A DNA stretch of 64,000 nt from a virus. The notes under the pieces were generated by a model. It was not told the DNA's origin, did no database searches, and saw nothing but the letters and a program-made list of their open reading frames with translations. Below are positions 10,639 to 19,881 of the stretch, piece after piece. The stretch is from positions 39,474 through 103,473 of IMG/VR virus record IMGVR_UViG_3300020469_004451; one strand, 5' to 3'. The stretch's first letter is position 1; each line of letters opens with the position of its first letter. Position numbers and translations under genes: made by a program.

Positions 10639-10745
10639 GTTTTTATTATAAAAATCCATCAACCCAAAAACAACCAAAAAGTGAAAAAAGTTAAAATAGT
10701 GATTTTTTAGTTGATTTTTTGAATCTTTGACTTATACTCAGTGGT

Positions 10746-11213
10746 ATGTTCGTAGAAGTTACTAATCAACAGAATATTCTGCCTAAGAATAATGGTGATC
10801 TAGGTTATGATCTTGTAGCTTCGTCTGATCCAGTTTTTGATTACGAAAATCAATTTATAGAATACTCTACGGGAGTCAGGTTAGCACCGTTTGCGGATAC
10901 AATTCACGGGTTGATTTTTCCTCGTTCAAGCATTTCTAATAAATGGTTGACTCTTGCCAACGGAGTTGGGGTTATAGATTCTTCATATAGGGGAGAAGTA
11001 AAGCTAAGGTTTCGCTATCTTTGGCCGATGCATGAGACGATAGAAGGATATTCTAAAGTTAAATTTGATAAGATTTACAAAAAAGGAGATAAGATCGGTC
11101 AATTAGTTTGGTTTCCAGAGCAAATACTTAGCAACTACGTTGAGGTTGACAAATTTAGTGATTGCAAAGAATCACAAAGAGGCGAAGGTGGGTTCGGCTC
11201 TACAGGAGAATAA
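10746..11213 (+). CDS. dut: dUTPase (trimeric)
   Basis: GYDL, PRSS, GVIDSSYRGE and RGEGGFGSTG motifs. Confidence 0.95.
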   Translation: MFVEVTNQQNILPKNNGDLGYDLVASSDPVFDYENQFIEYSTGVRLAPFADTIHGLIFPRSSISNKWLTLANGVGVIDSSYRGEVKLRFRYLWPMHETIEGYSKVKFDKIYKKGDKIGQLVWFPEQILSNYVEVDKFSDCKESQRGEGGFGSTGE

Positions 11214-11215
11214 TT

Positions 11216-11845
11216 ATGGATGATAAAATTTACGTAGCTTTTACTGGATTCGCTCGTTCTGGAAAGGATTCTTTTTGTTTTGAGTTTCAGAGACAAGTAG
11301 AAGATTTTTCTCCTAACTTAACAGTAAGTATCTTGTCTTTTGCCGACCGCATACGCCAAGAGGTTGGAGCATTTGTGCAAGAGGAATTTGGGATATCAGC
11401 TTGGACGGAAGAGGACTCTGAAAAAGAAATCATCAGACATTTTTTACGAGGTTATGGAATGTCAAAGAGAACTAAGGATAATCTCTACTTTGTAAAAAAG
11501 CTTCAAAAAAGAATAGATGCTTTAGATAATTTATATTCTTCGCTTAATGTTGTTCTCATATCTGATTTAAGATTCGCTCAGTTTGATCAAGATGAACTAT
11601 CTTGGTTTCATAGTAAACGAAAGAATCTTCATATTCATATTTGTAGATATAAAAAAGATTCAGATGGAAAACTTCAAAAAATAAAAGCACCCAACGAAGA
11701 CGAGGCTGCGAATGAAGAGAAACTAGAGGATGCAGCAGATTTAGTTATTAATCTACCTTGGGAAGATGATTTGGGTCAATTTAAAAATGTAGTAAGAGAA
11801 AAATCCTCTCAAATCCTTAAAGAAAATATTAATTTATTTTTATGA
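11216..11845 (+). CDS. Deoxynucleoside monophosphate kinase-like P-loop protein
   Basis: GFARSGKD Walker A, SFAD, ISDLRF; start reassigned to ATG 11216. Confidence 0.75.
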   Translation: MDDKIYVAFTGFARSGKDSFCFEFQRQVEDFSPNLTVSILSFADRIRQEVGAFVQEEFGISAWTEEDSEKEIIRHFLRGYGMSKRTKDNLYFVKKLQKRIDALDNLYSSLNVVLISDLRFAQFDQDELSWFHSKRKNLHIHICRYKKDSDGKLQKIKAPNEDEAANEEKLEDAADLVINLPWEDDLGQFKNVVREKSSQILKENINLFL

Positions 11846-12429
11846 TCAAAATAGAAGATTTACAATTGGTGAGAGAGGTAAAGGAGGCGAAAAGTGAAGA
11901 CGCTTTGCTTGAGCTTGTCGAAAGGCACTCAGGTCTTTTCTATAAAATAATTTCAAAAAACTTGCCGTTTTCAAAAAATTCTTGGGATGTTGAAGAATTA
12001 GTCCAAAGAAAAGAACATTTGTTTTACGAGGCTATTGAAACGTTTGATCCAGATAGGAATATAAAGTTTCACACTTGGCTGGCAAACAAAACTAAGTATC
12101 TTTGTCTAAGTCAAAGGTCTAAATTAAGAGACGAACCAGATTTTTGTGAGTTTGATGAGGGATTTGGTGGAGAAACGCATCTTTCTCCAGATGCCTATCT
12201 CTCAAAAAAAGAAGAGGTAGAGAGAATTTTGTTTTTGGCTTCTAAAAGATGCACACCAAAAGCACTTGAGATTTTTGAGAAAAAATATTTTGGTGGCGAT
12301 AACAGGGCGGGTTTATCCTTTACTGAAATTGCAAAAGAAATGGAGATTAGTCCTCAAGCGGTTCAAGCTAGTCATGCCAAAACGTTAAAAGTAATAAAGA
12401 AAGCTATTTTAAATGAAAGTGTTATTTGA
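11842..12429 (+). CDS. Phage RNA polymerase sigma-70 family factor
   Basis: Region 2 (AIETFDPDRNIKFHTW) and region 4 HTH (SFTEIAKEMEISPQAV). Confidence 0.85.
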   Translation: MIKIEDLQLVREVKEAKSEDALLELVERHSGLFYKIISKNLPFSKNSWDVEELVQRKEHLFYEAIETFDPDRNIKFHTWLANKTKYLCLSQRSKLRDEPDFCEFDEGFGGETHLSPDAYLSKKEEVERILFLASKRCTPKALEIFEKKYFGGDNRAGLSFTEIAKEMEISPQAVQASHAKTLKVIKKAILNESVI

Positions 12430-13501
12430 TGGTCCAATCAACAATTTATCTTTAGGGAACGTTTCTGTAAATTTTCTTAGAGAGCTATTAAAAAAAGACG
12501 CAGTTTCAGCTATTTTTCCGGTTGGAGAAAAGGGGGATTTTGAATCTTTCGATTCCTTAGATGAATTGGTAAGGGGGCAGATAACATCACTTTCACATGG
12601 GCGTTTTAAATTTTTTGACCACAAGTTACCAACAATCAAGTGCTGGCATATTAATGGTTCTGAAAAGAAGCTTACAAACGATCAATATCTATATACTTTT
12701 TATGAGGTAGATTCACCTACAGTAGAGGAGTATAACATTTTAAAAAATCAGACTTGGACTTTCTTCTCTTCTTCAGAGGCTGCCGATTCTTTTAAAAAAA
12801 TAGGTCTAGAAAACTGTTCTTACTTGCCTCTTGGTTTCGATCCAGACTTCTACAAAAAAGATGTAGAAAATGTTGATGGAAAGCCGATCCAATTTGGATT
12901 GATTGGTAAGTTTGAAAAAAGAAAAAATACAGAGCGAATCATAAAACTGTGGCTTGAAAGGTTTGGTAACAATCCAGATTATCAACTCAACTGCCTAGTT
13001 AATAATCCCTTTTTCCAAAAAGAAACATATCAAAATTTGATAGGTAATATTCTTGGAGGTAAAAATTGGAACAATATTAATTTTCTGCCTCACTTGTCAA
13101 AAAACTCTCAAGTAAATGATTTGATGAATTTTATTGATATTGATCTGAGCGGTCTGTCAAATGGCGAGGGATGGGGCTTACCAGCATTCAACTCCACCGC
13201 TTTAGGAAAGTGGAGTGTAGTTTCTAATTGTTCTTCTCATAAAGATTGGGCCACACAAGAGAACTCTATTTTGGTAGAACCCGAAGGAAAACAAGAATGT
13301 TACGACGAAGTGTTTTTCAAGAAAGGTCATCCCTTCAATCAAGGAAGTTATTACAAAATCTCTGACGAAGCGATAATTGACGGTATCGAAAGAGCGTTGA
13401 AAAAAGTAGGGGAAAATAATATAATTGGAGAGAACCTTAGAGAAGATTTTACTTACGAAAAAACTGTAAGTGGGATTCTACAAAAAATAGAAGAATCTTA
13501 A
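12413..13501 (+). CDS. Glycosyltransferase family 4 (GT-B)
   Basis: GKFEKRKN and GEGWGLP motifs. Confidence 0.85.
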   Translation: MKVLFDGPINNLSLGNVSVNFLRELLKKDAVSAIFPVGEKGDFESFDSLDELVRGQITSLSHGRFKFFDHKLPTIKCWHINGSEKKLTNDQYLYTFYEVDSPTVEEYNILKNQTWTFFSSSEAADSFKKIGLENCSYLPLGFDPDFYKKDVENVDGKPIQFGLIGKFEKRKNTERIIKLWLERFGNNPDYQLNCLVNNPFFQKETYQNLIGNILGGKNWNNINFLPHLSKNSQVNDLMNFIDIDLSGLSNGEGWGLPAFNSTALGKWSVVSNCSSHKDWATQENSILVEPEGKQECYDEVFFKKGHPFNQGSYYKISDEAIIDGIERALKKVGENNIIGENLREDFTYEKTVSGILQKIEES

Positions 13502-13502
13502 T

Positions 13503-13946
13503 ATGCCAATTTACGTTTACAAAAATGAAGAAACAGGTGGTTTCTATGAAGTTATCCAAAAGATGACAGACGATCATGTTTTCTTCGATCCAGAGACGGG
13601 AGTTGAATGCAAAAGGGTTTTTACTGTTCCTAATGCTAGTGTAGATTCTTTTTCAAACATAAATCCTTTTGACATTAAGGAAGCTACTCAAAAAACTGCG
13701 GGGTTTAAAGGAAGCATAGGCGATCTTTGGGATATATCTAAAGACCTCTCTCAAAAAAGAGAAGATAAATTAGGTCACGAAGACCCGCACAAGCGCAAAG
13801 TATTCAAAGAATACGAAAAAAATCGTGGAGTAAAACACTTTTATGACAAACAATCCGTAAGAAGGGTTGGTGGTATAGCTTCTGTAGATTACAATGCTTC
13901 TACTCCAAATGTAAAGCTAGACAAGGACGGTAGCACTAAGGATTAA
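13503..13946 (+). CDS. FmdB-like zinc-ribbon family protein (cysteines degenerate)
   Basis: MPIYVY...FYEVIQKM...KRVF pattern of the FmdB family. Confidence 0.6.
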   Translation: MPIYVYKNEETGGFYEVIQKMTDDHVFFDPETGVECKRVFTVPNASVDSFSNINPFDIKEATQKTAGFKGSIGDLWDISKDLSQKREDKLGHEDPHKRKVFKEYEKNRGVKHFYDKQSVRRVGGIASVDYNASTPNVKLDKDGSTKD

Positions 13947-13958
13947 AATTCTTTACTA

Positions 13959-14186
13959 ATGGATTATTATTTAAAAAGAACCAAAAATCCATTAATTTTA
14001 AAAGATTTAAAAAAACAAAGTCTAGAACTAAACGGGGGAAAGGAAATAACATGTCGATGCGAAAAGACATTTCCGATCCAAGATATGTATAGGTGCTTCT
14101 ACTGTGGAGTATATTTTTGTTTAGGTTGTGCAGAAATACACTTTGGACAAAGTAGAGAAGAATATAATAAGATTAAATCATCTTAG
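13959..14186 (+). CDS. Small zinc-finger protein
   Basis: CxC...CFYC...CLGC..IH. Confidence 0.55.
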   Translation: MDYYLKRTKNPLILKDLKKQSLELNGGKEITCRCEKTFPIQDMYRCFYCGVYFCLGCAEIHFGQSREEYNKIKSS

Positions 14187-14189
14187 TTC

Positions 14190-15242
14190 TTAACTCCATC
14201 CAAGTAATATTCTAGCCCATGCGCTATCTCCAGTGCAAATGTAGAAATATTGATGATCGAAAGATAATTCTCCGCTAATACCAGCAGAGTCAAAATTAGT
14301 TGGAATAGTTCTTCCAGTGTCTAATATTAATTTATCGACATAAAATTCATCAGATAATATACCGCTAAGATTGTTTGTATGATTTGTTGAAGAAACGCCT
14401 GTAGATTCAATTATAGAACTAAGAGAAACACCTGTAGATTCTATTAGAGAACCAAGGATTGCTCCAGTTGATCTTAAATTTAATTCAAAAAGCGCGCCAG
14501 TAGCTTCCAGAGGTTCAAAATATGAACCGCTGATACCTGTGGCTGTATGATTTAGTTGTCCACTTGCTTCAAGTAGGGTTTGTAAATTTTGAATTGGAGA
14601 ACCAGAAAGATATGATGGGCCTTTTAAGTAAGACTCTCCTGACACACAAATACCTCCTTCAAAAATACCAGAATGACCTTCTTTTACTGTAAAAGAACCA
14701 TCTGAAACCTCGGTATTACCACTTAGATAAACTGATCCGTCTACGAAAAGATCATTTAAGACAAAAGCTCCGCTGGAAAAATCAATAGTAAGAGCATTAT
14801 CTCTAACAGATTCTTTGGGTCTGACTGAATTTCCATCTGCTATAATTGCAGAGCCGGTATTTTGATTTAAAACATTAGATCCAAATATTATAGCTGAATC
14901 ATCAGAATCTGTTATGCGGTTCTGTTCTCCACCTAATATTGTATTATTGTTGCCCAACAAAACAGATTGATTAGAATTAATCAATGTATTATTTGAACCG
15001 CTAACAGATGCACTTATAGAATTTATAACTGAATTGTTATTATCTTGGATTAGATTAGAAGAATCAGAAAAAATAACTTTACCATTATTAACCTGTAAAG
15101 ATCCAGTAATATTAAAATCTCCAGTTAAATTTTCAAGCAAGTTACAGTTAAAAAAGTCAACGCCCTCTTCAAAAGACAGGTTGCCGCTAGGAGTATTTAA
15201 CGCATACGGGTTGTATTGACGAGGATCTAGTTTATTTATCAT
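14190..15242 (-). CDS. Putative fibre-like virion protein
   Basis: Asn-rich beta-helix repeats, 11-residue xxSTG repeats, C-terminal GELSFD.QYFYIC...W.R motif typical of fibre proteins. Confidence 0.6.
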   Translation of the reverse strand: MINKLDPRQYNPYALNTPSGNLSFEEGVDFFNCNLLENLTGDFNITGSLQVNNGKVIFSDSSNLIQDNNNSVINSISASVSGSNNTLINSNQSVLLGNNNTILGGEQNRITDSDDSAIIFGSNVLNQNTGSAIIADGNSVRPKESVRDNALTIDFSSGAFVLNDLFVDGSVYLSGNTEVSDGSFTVKEGHSGIFEGGICVSGESYLKGPSYLSGSPIQNLQTLLEASGQLNHTATGISGSYFEPLEATGALFELNLRSTGAILGSLIESTGVSLSSIIESTGVSSTNHTNNLSGILSDEFYVDKLILDTGRTIPTNFDSAGISGELSFDHQYFYICTGDSAWARILLGWS

Positions 15243-15290
15243 TGTATTTTCTAAAAAATTCCTTATACTCTTTTAGAGATATTATCAGTT

Positions 15291-15899
15291 ATGAATTACA
15301 CTATTTTTTCACCAAATAAGAAAAATTCGGGAGGACTAGCTAGTTTTCGTGTATCCAAGCAGAAAAATAAGAAGGATATGTGGGAAGAAAGGCTTTTTGT
15401 AGAAGTTGTCCCGCAAAAAGAATGGGCTGGCAGTCCACAGAAAACTGGATATAATCCAGCTAATAAAAAATGTATTATGATCTCTCCTTCGGAAGCGGGA
15501 GATATTTTACATACTCTTGATACTAAGATTCCTTTCGAGTCTTATCACAAAAACGGAGAAAGCGGAACTTGGATCAAAGCTGGTTCATTTGCTGGAAGCA
15601 GAAAATTTCGTGGTAGAGACGGACAAGAGGAGACTCACACGATTGCTAGATTTGCTTTTTCTGTTTCCTGTCCTAACCCTAAGTTTTATGTGGGTGTGGC
15701 TTTGAACCCTGCTGAAGCTTATTGTTTAAGAGTTTTTCTAGAAAACTATATTAAGGGCGCAATGGGTCTAGAAGGTGCTGAGTTGGCTAAAAAATTCAAG
15801 CAAGATCAGAAAAATAAGGAGGAAGAACCCGAATCTAAACCCGCTAAATCTAAACCCGAAGCAGAGCTAGAGGAAGAAGACTCTGGTATCCCATTTTAG
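15291..15899 (+). CDS. Putative single-stranded DNA-binding protein, Whirly/PC4-like fold with SSB-type acidic tail
   Basis: Duplicated beta4-alpha pattern; C-terminus EEEDSGIPF resembles the bacterial SSB DDDIPF tail. Confidence 0.55.
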   Translation: MNYTIFSPNKKNSGGLASFRVSKQKNKKDMWEERLFVEVVPQKEWAGSPQKTGYNPANKKCIMISPSEAGDILHTLDTKIPFESYHKNGESGTWIKAGSFAGSRKFRGRDGQEETHTIARFAFSVSCPNPKFYVGVALNPAEAYCLRVFLENYIKGAMGLEGAELAKKFKQDQKNKEEEPESKPAKSKPEAELEEEDSGIPF

Positions 15900-15942
15900 T
15901 ATTCTGATATAGACAAAATCAAATAACTTCTTTACGACTGTT

Positions 15943-16794
15943 TTGAATAACAAAGTATTAGTAACAGGCGCTGCTGGATTTATAGGGAGTAATTTATGCT
16001 CATATTTAGAGCATCTTGGATATCAGGTTAGTCGTTTCGATATAAGTAAATCTCATCAAGATGAATTTGATAAATTATCAGATATTTTAAATCAAGATGC
16101 GGTGATACATTTGGGAGCCAATTCTTCAACTACAGAGAAGAATTTAAAAAAAATATTAAAACAAAATTTTGAGTTTTCGAAAAGACTATATGAAGTTTGC
16201 CGTGATTCTGGAATCAAGTTTCAATATGCGAGTAGTGCATCTGTTTATGGCTCTTCTGAAACTTTTAAAGAAGATGAATTTTGTAAGCCTTTGAGTCCTT
16301 ATGCTTTTAGCAAATATATGTTTGATTGTTGGTTAATGAATCAAGAATATCCATATCAAGGGTTTAGATATTTTAATGTATATGGGTTAGGAGAAGATAA
16401 AAAAGGCGAACAAGCTAGTCCTGTATCTAAGTTTATCAAACAAGCTCAAAGAAATGGCGAAATAAAAATATTTGAGAACAGTGAAAAATATAAAAGAGAT
16501 TTTGTTTCTATTGATGATGTTTGTCGAATACATTACAGAATGTTAGATTATGATGATTCTGGTGTCTTTAACGTAGGCACAGGGCAGACAACTTCATTTA
16601 GGGATGTCGCAGAAATTGTAAAATTAAAGTCTAATTCAGTCATTACTGAGATCCCAATGCCAATAGAACTAAAAGGTCAATATCAAAAATTTACAAAAGC
16701 AGATAATTCCAAACTACAAGAAGTGATAGGCGATTATGATTGGCAGACCGTAGAGCAATATGTAAATCAAAATATAGATGCTTACGTTAATTAA
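15943..16794 (+). CDS. hldD: ADP-L-glycero-D-manno-heptose 6-epimerase
   Basis: GAAGFIGSN, HLGANSSTTE, YASSASVYG, YAFSK, RYFNVYG..E.KK, KRDFV. Confidence 0.88.
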   Translation: MNNKVLVTGAAGFIGSNLCSYLEHLGYQVSRFDISKSHQDEFDKLSDILNQDAVIHLGANSSTTEKNLKKILKQNFEFSKRLYEVCRDSGIKFQYASSASVYGSSETFKEDEFCKPLSPYAFSKYMFDCWLMNQEYPYQGFRYFNVYGLGEDKKGEQASPVSKFIKQAQRNGEIKIFENSEKYKRDFVSIDDVCRIHYRMLDYDDSGVFNVGTGQTTSFRDVAEIVKLKSNSVITEIPMPIELKGQYQKFTKADNSKLQEVIGDYDWQTVEQYVNQNIDAYVN

Positions 16795-16817
16795 ATCTAT
16801 TTTAAAATTTTGATTCT

Positions 16818-18707
16818 ATGCACAAGGTTTTATTCATATCTAATTTTTCAAAAGCGGTTACTGGATTCGGAAAGAATATGAAAAATGTTCTTCGCCGCCT
16901 CCATGAAGATCCTGATATTGAAGTTGTCGAAGCGGCTAACGGCGTTCGTTTTGGAGCAGACCTAAGAACACCTTGGACATCCTACGGGACATTTCCAATC
17001 AAGCCATCTGCACTTCAAGAGATCAATTCAGACCCGTATAAAAAGAGATTAGCTGAATATGGGAACTATACTATTGATGAAATCATCGAAAAAGAAAAAC
17101 CAGATGTAGTAGTAGGTATTGAAGATATTTGGGCTTTTGATTGGGCAAAAAAGCCTTGGATTGGCAAGATAGGTAGTGTCATTTGGACCACTTTGGACAG
17201 TTTGCCTATTCTAGATCAAGCTTATACCGTAGCTCCATTAGTTGATAAGTTTTTAGTTTGGGCATCTTTCGCAGAGGAAGAGATGAACAAAAAGGGCTTT
17301 GATGTAGAAACTCTACATGGAGCAGTTGACTATTCTTCTTTTTATAGGTTGCCAGATGAAGAGAGGCAAAAATTAAGAGCAGATCATGGTTTAGAAAATT
17401 CTTTTGTTACTGGATTTGTTTTTAAAAATCAACTTAGAAAGTCTGTGCCTAATTTACTTGAAGGTTTTAAACAGTTCAAAGAAAAGTGTTCTCCAGAAGA
17501 TAATCCAAAACTGCTTTTACATACAGATTGGAAGGTAGACCAAAATACTTGGGATATTGTAAAATATGTTGAAGAAAAAGGTATCGACAAGAACGATATT
17601 CTCGCCACCTACATTTGCCCTAAATGCAAAAATTTTTCTATAAGACCTTATGACGGCGAGAATCAAACTTGCGATCACTGTGGAACAAAAGATTCTATGG
17701 TAACAAAGAGCAACGCATTCGGGGTTACAGAAGAGCAGTTAAACAGCATCTATAATATTATGGATGTCTATTGTCACCCGTTTACTAGCGGAGGTCAAGA
17801 GCTTCCAATTCAAGAAGCTAAAGCTGCGGGTCTGATCACGCTTGTCACGGAATATTCTTGCGGTTTAGACTCTTGTTATGAAAAGGATGGCGGCATACCT
17901 TTGAAGTGGGTTGAATACAGAGAGCCTATGACAAGATTTATCAAGGCGACAACTCTTCCAGAATCTATTTGTGAAAATCTTATCAGGGTAAAGGATATGC
18001 CACAAGACGAAAAGGATTCATTGGTTAGCAAAGCTCAAAAGTGCATTAAAGATAGATTTGATGCTGATAAAACAGTAGCTAGACTTAAAGAGATTATACA
18101 AAGTTTTCCAAAGACAAATTGGGATTTTAATTTTGAACAAAAGCTGGCAAATACTGATATCGAAGTTTCTTTTGATACCAATGACGGTGTTGGTTCAAAA
18201 GAGTGGCTTATTGATATCTATGATAGAATGTTTGACAAAAAGTTGAACGATCTATCTATAGAGATTGTAAAAGGTGTTCAAATTATCAAAGACAAGGGTA
18301 GAGGTTTTGTTTACGAATATCTTAGAAGACACGCTTTAGAAAAAAATCAAAAGATACATCAAAAACCAAAGGATATTACAGAATATTTTGAGGGAGAAGA
18401 CGAGAAAAGAATTGTGGTCGTGATGCCAGAAAGCGCGGGTGACGTATTGATGATGAATTCATTGATGCAAGGATTGAAAGAGAAGTATCCAGAGTATAAT
18501 ATTTATTTTGTTACAAATCCAGTATTCTTTCCCATGATAGAAGACAGCCCTTATGTCCATAAGTTGCTGCCGTTCAAAAGAGAGATGGAGAATCTTCTTC
18601 TTTTAGAAGGACAAGGAGATCATAAAGGATATTTTGATATTGCCTTTCTGCCATTTGTGGGAACGCAAAAGTATCTTAATTATATGCACAACGGTCTTGA
18701 TAGGTAA
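16818..18707 (+). CDS. GT4 glycosyltransferase with zinc-ribbon insert, fused to a GT9-like N-terminal lobe
   Basis: KNQLRK, GGQELPIQEA; CPKC..CDHC insert; C-terminal IVVVMPESAGDVLM...LKEKYP motif. Confidence 0.75.
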   Translation: MHKVLFISNFSKAVTGFGKNMKNVLRRLHEDPDIEVVEAANGVRFGADLRTPWTSYGTFPIKPSALQEINSDPYKKRLAEYGNYTIDEIIEKEKPDVVVGIEDIWAFDWAKKPWIGKIGSVIWTTLDSLPILDQAYTVAPLVDKFLVWASFAEEEMNKKGFDVETLHGAVDYSSFYRLPDEERQKLRADHGLENSFVTGFVFKNQLRKSVPNLLEGFKQFKEKCSPEDNPKLLLHTDWKVDQNTWDIVKYVEEKGIDKNDILATYICPKCKNFSIRPYDGENQTCDHCGTKDSMVTKSNAFGVTEEQLNSIYNIMDVYCHPFTSGGQELPIQEAKAAGLITLVTEYSCGLDSCYEKDGGIPLKWVEYREPMTRFIKATTLPESICENLIRVKDMPQDEKDSLVSKAQKCIKDRFDADKTVARLKEIIQSFPKTNWDFNFEQKLANTDIEVSFDTNDGVGSKEWLIDIYDRMFDKKLNDLSIEIVKGVQIIKDKGRGFVYEYLRRHALEKNQKIHQKPKDITEYFEGEDEKRIVVVMPESAGDVLMMNSLMQGLKEKYPEYNIYFVTNPVFFPMIEDSPYVHKLLPFKREMENLLLLEGQGDHKGYFDIAFLPFVGTQKYLNYMHNGLDR

Positions 18708-18709
18708 AC

Positions 18710-19876
18710 ATGGCACATTTAGCAGAAGTATATAGGAGAGATTTAAATGTAGAGGCTAATAAGCCTGTGCTTAGACCTCATTTTTTTCCAATAGGAGATG
18801 AAAAATATATTACTATTCATAACAGTAATAAAGTTCCAACAAAAAATTATTCTTACTGGAATGATGTAGTAAAAATTCTAAAAGTAGAATTCGATAAAAG
18901 GGGCGTTAAAATCTTTCAAATAGGAACAAAAGAAGATCCAGTTATAGAAGGAGTCGATGCGTTTTTTAACAACACGACCTTTAAGCAGAGTTGTTACATA
19001 ATTCAAAATGCTATGTGTCATGTAGGTATTGACTCTGGACCCGTTCACATTGCTTCTGCGTTAGACATTCCTACTGTAAGCATATACGCTCATACTTATG
19101 CAGCGTCTTGCAGACCCTTGTGGAATGAAAAAAAAGCTTCGATAATCGAATCTGATAGGGGCGGTAGGAAGCCTTCTTTTTCAAATCACGAAGATCCTAA
19201 GATGATTGATCTTATTCAGCCAGAGCAAATTGCCAACGAGTGCTTCAAAAGATTAAAGTATAATACTTATCAAACCCAAGAGACTGTTTTTGTTGGCAAA
19301 GAATATACTCAGAAAATTATTGACATCGTTCCTTCTTCCATTCCAACGAAACCTGTTATCAATGATGCGGAGGTTAGAATTAGAATGGACATAACTCACA
19401 ACGAACAAAATATGTCTACCCTTTTAAAATTATCGGCTAGACCTTGTGAGATAATTACTACTAAACCAATAAATACACAAGCACTTGAATTTTTTAAATC
19501 AAAAATCTCGAAAGTAGTTTATTTTGCCGAAGAGTTTTCCGAGTCTTTCTTAGATTACCTTAGAGTCTCAGGTATAGAATTTGAACTGAATTGTCTTTGT
19601 GAAGAAAAACTTTCAGAACAAAGAAATAAATTCTTTAACTACGATATAGTATATCTAAATCCAGAAGAAGAAGCCGAGAAATTAAAAGAAGAGGAGCTAA
19701 AGGTTTTACAAGAAAAGGCCAAGGTTAATTCTGGAAAATATTATCTGGTTGGAGATCAGATTTGTATGACTTTAGGCAAGGATCATAATGACTTAAAATT
19801 TTGGTTAGATGCTCCTCACTTTAGAATTTATTTACCTAAGCAATTCGAAAACAAAAAACTAACAGGAATAGGATAA
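18710..19876 (+). CDS. GT9 (heptosyltransferase-like) C-terminal lobe plus unknown domain
   Basis: YITIH..KNYSYW, HVGIDSGPVHIASALDIPTVSIY (GT9 signature). Confidence 0.8.
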   Translation: MAHLAEVYRRDLNVEANKPVLRPHFFPIGDEKYITIHNSNKVPTKNYSYWNDVVKILKVEFDKRGVKIFQIGTKEDPVIEGVDAFFNNTTFKQSCYIIQNAMCHVGIDSGPVHIASALDIPTVSIYAHTYAASCRPLWNEKKASIIESDRGGRKPSFSNHEDPKMIDLIQPEQIANECFKRLKYNTYQTQETVFVGKEYTQKIIDIVPSSIPTKPVINDAEVRIRMDITHNEQNMSTLLKLSARPCEIITTKPINTQALEFFKSKISKVVYFAEEFSESFLDYLRVSGIEFELNCLCEEKLSEQRNKFFNYDIVYLNPEEEAEKLKEEELKVLQEKAKVNSGKYYLVGDQICMTLGKDHNDLKFWLDAPHFRIYLPKQFENKKLTGIG

Positions 19877-19881
19877 ACAAA

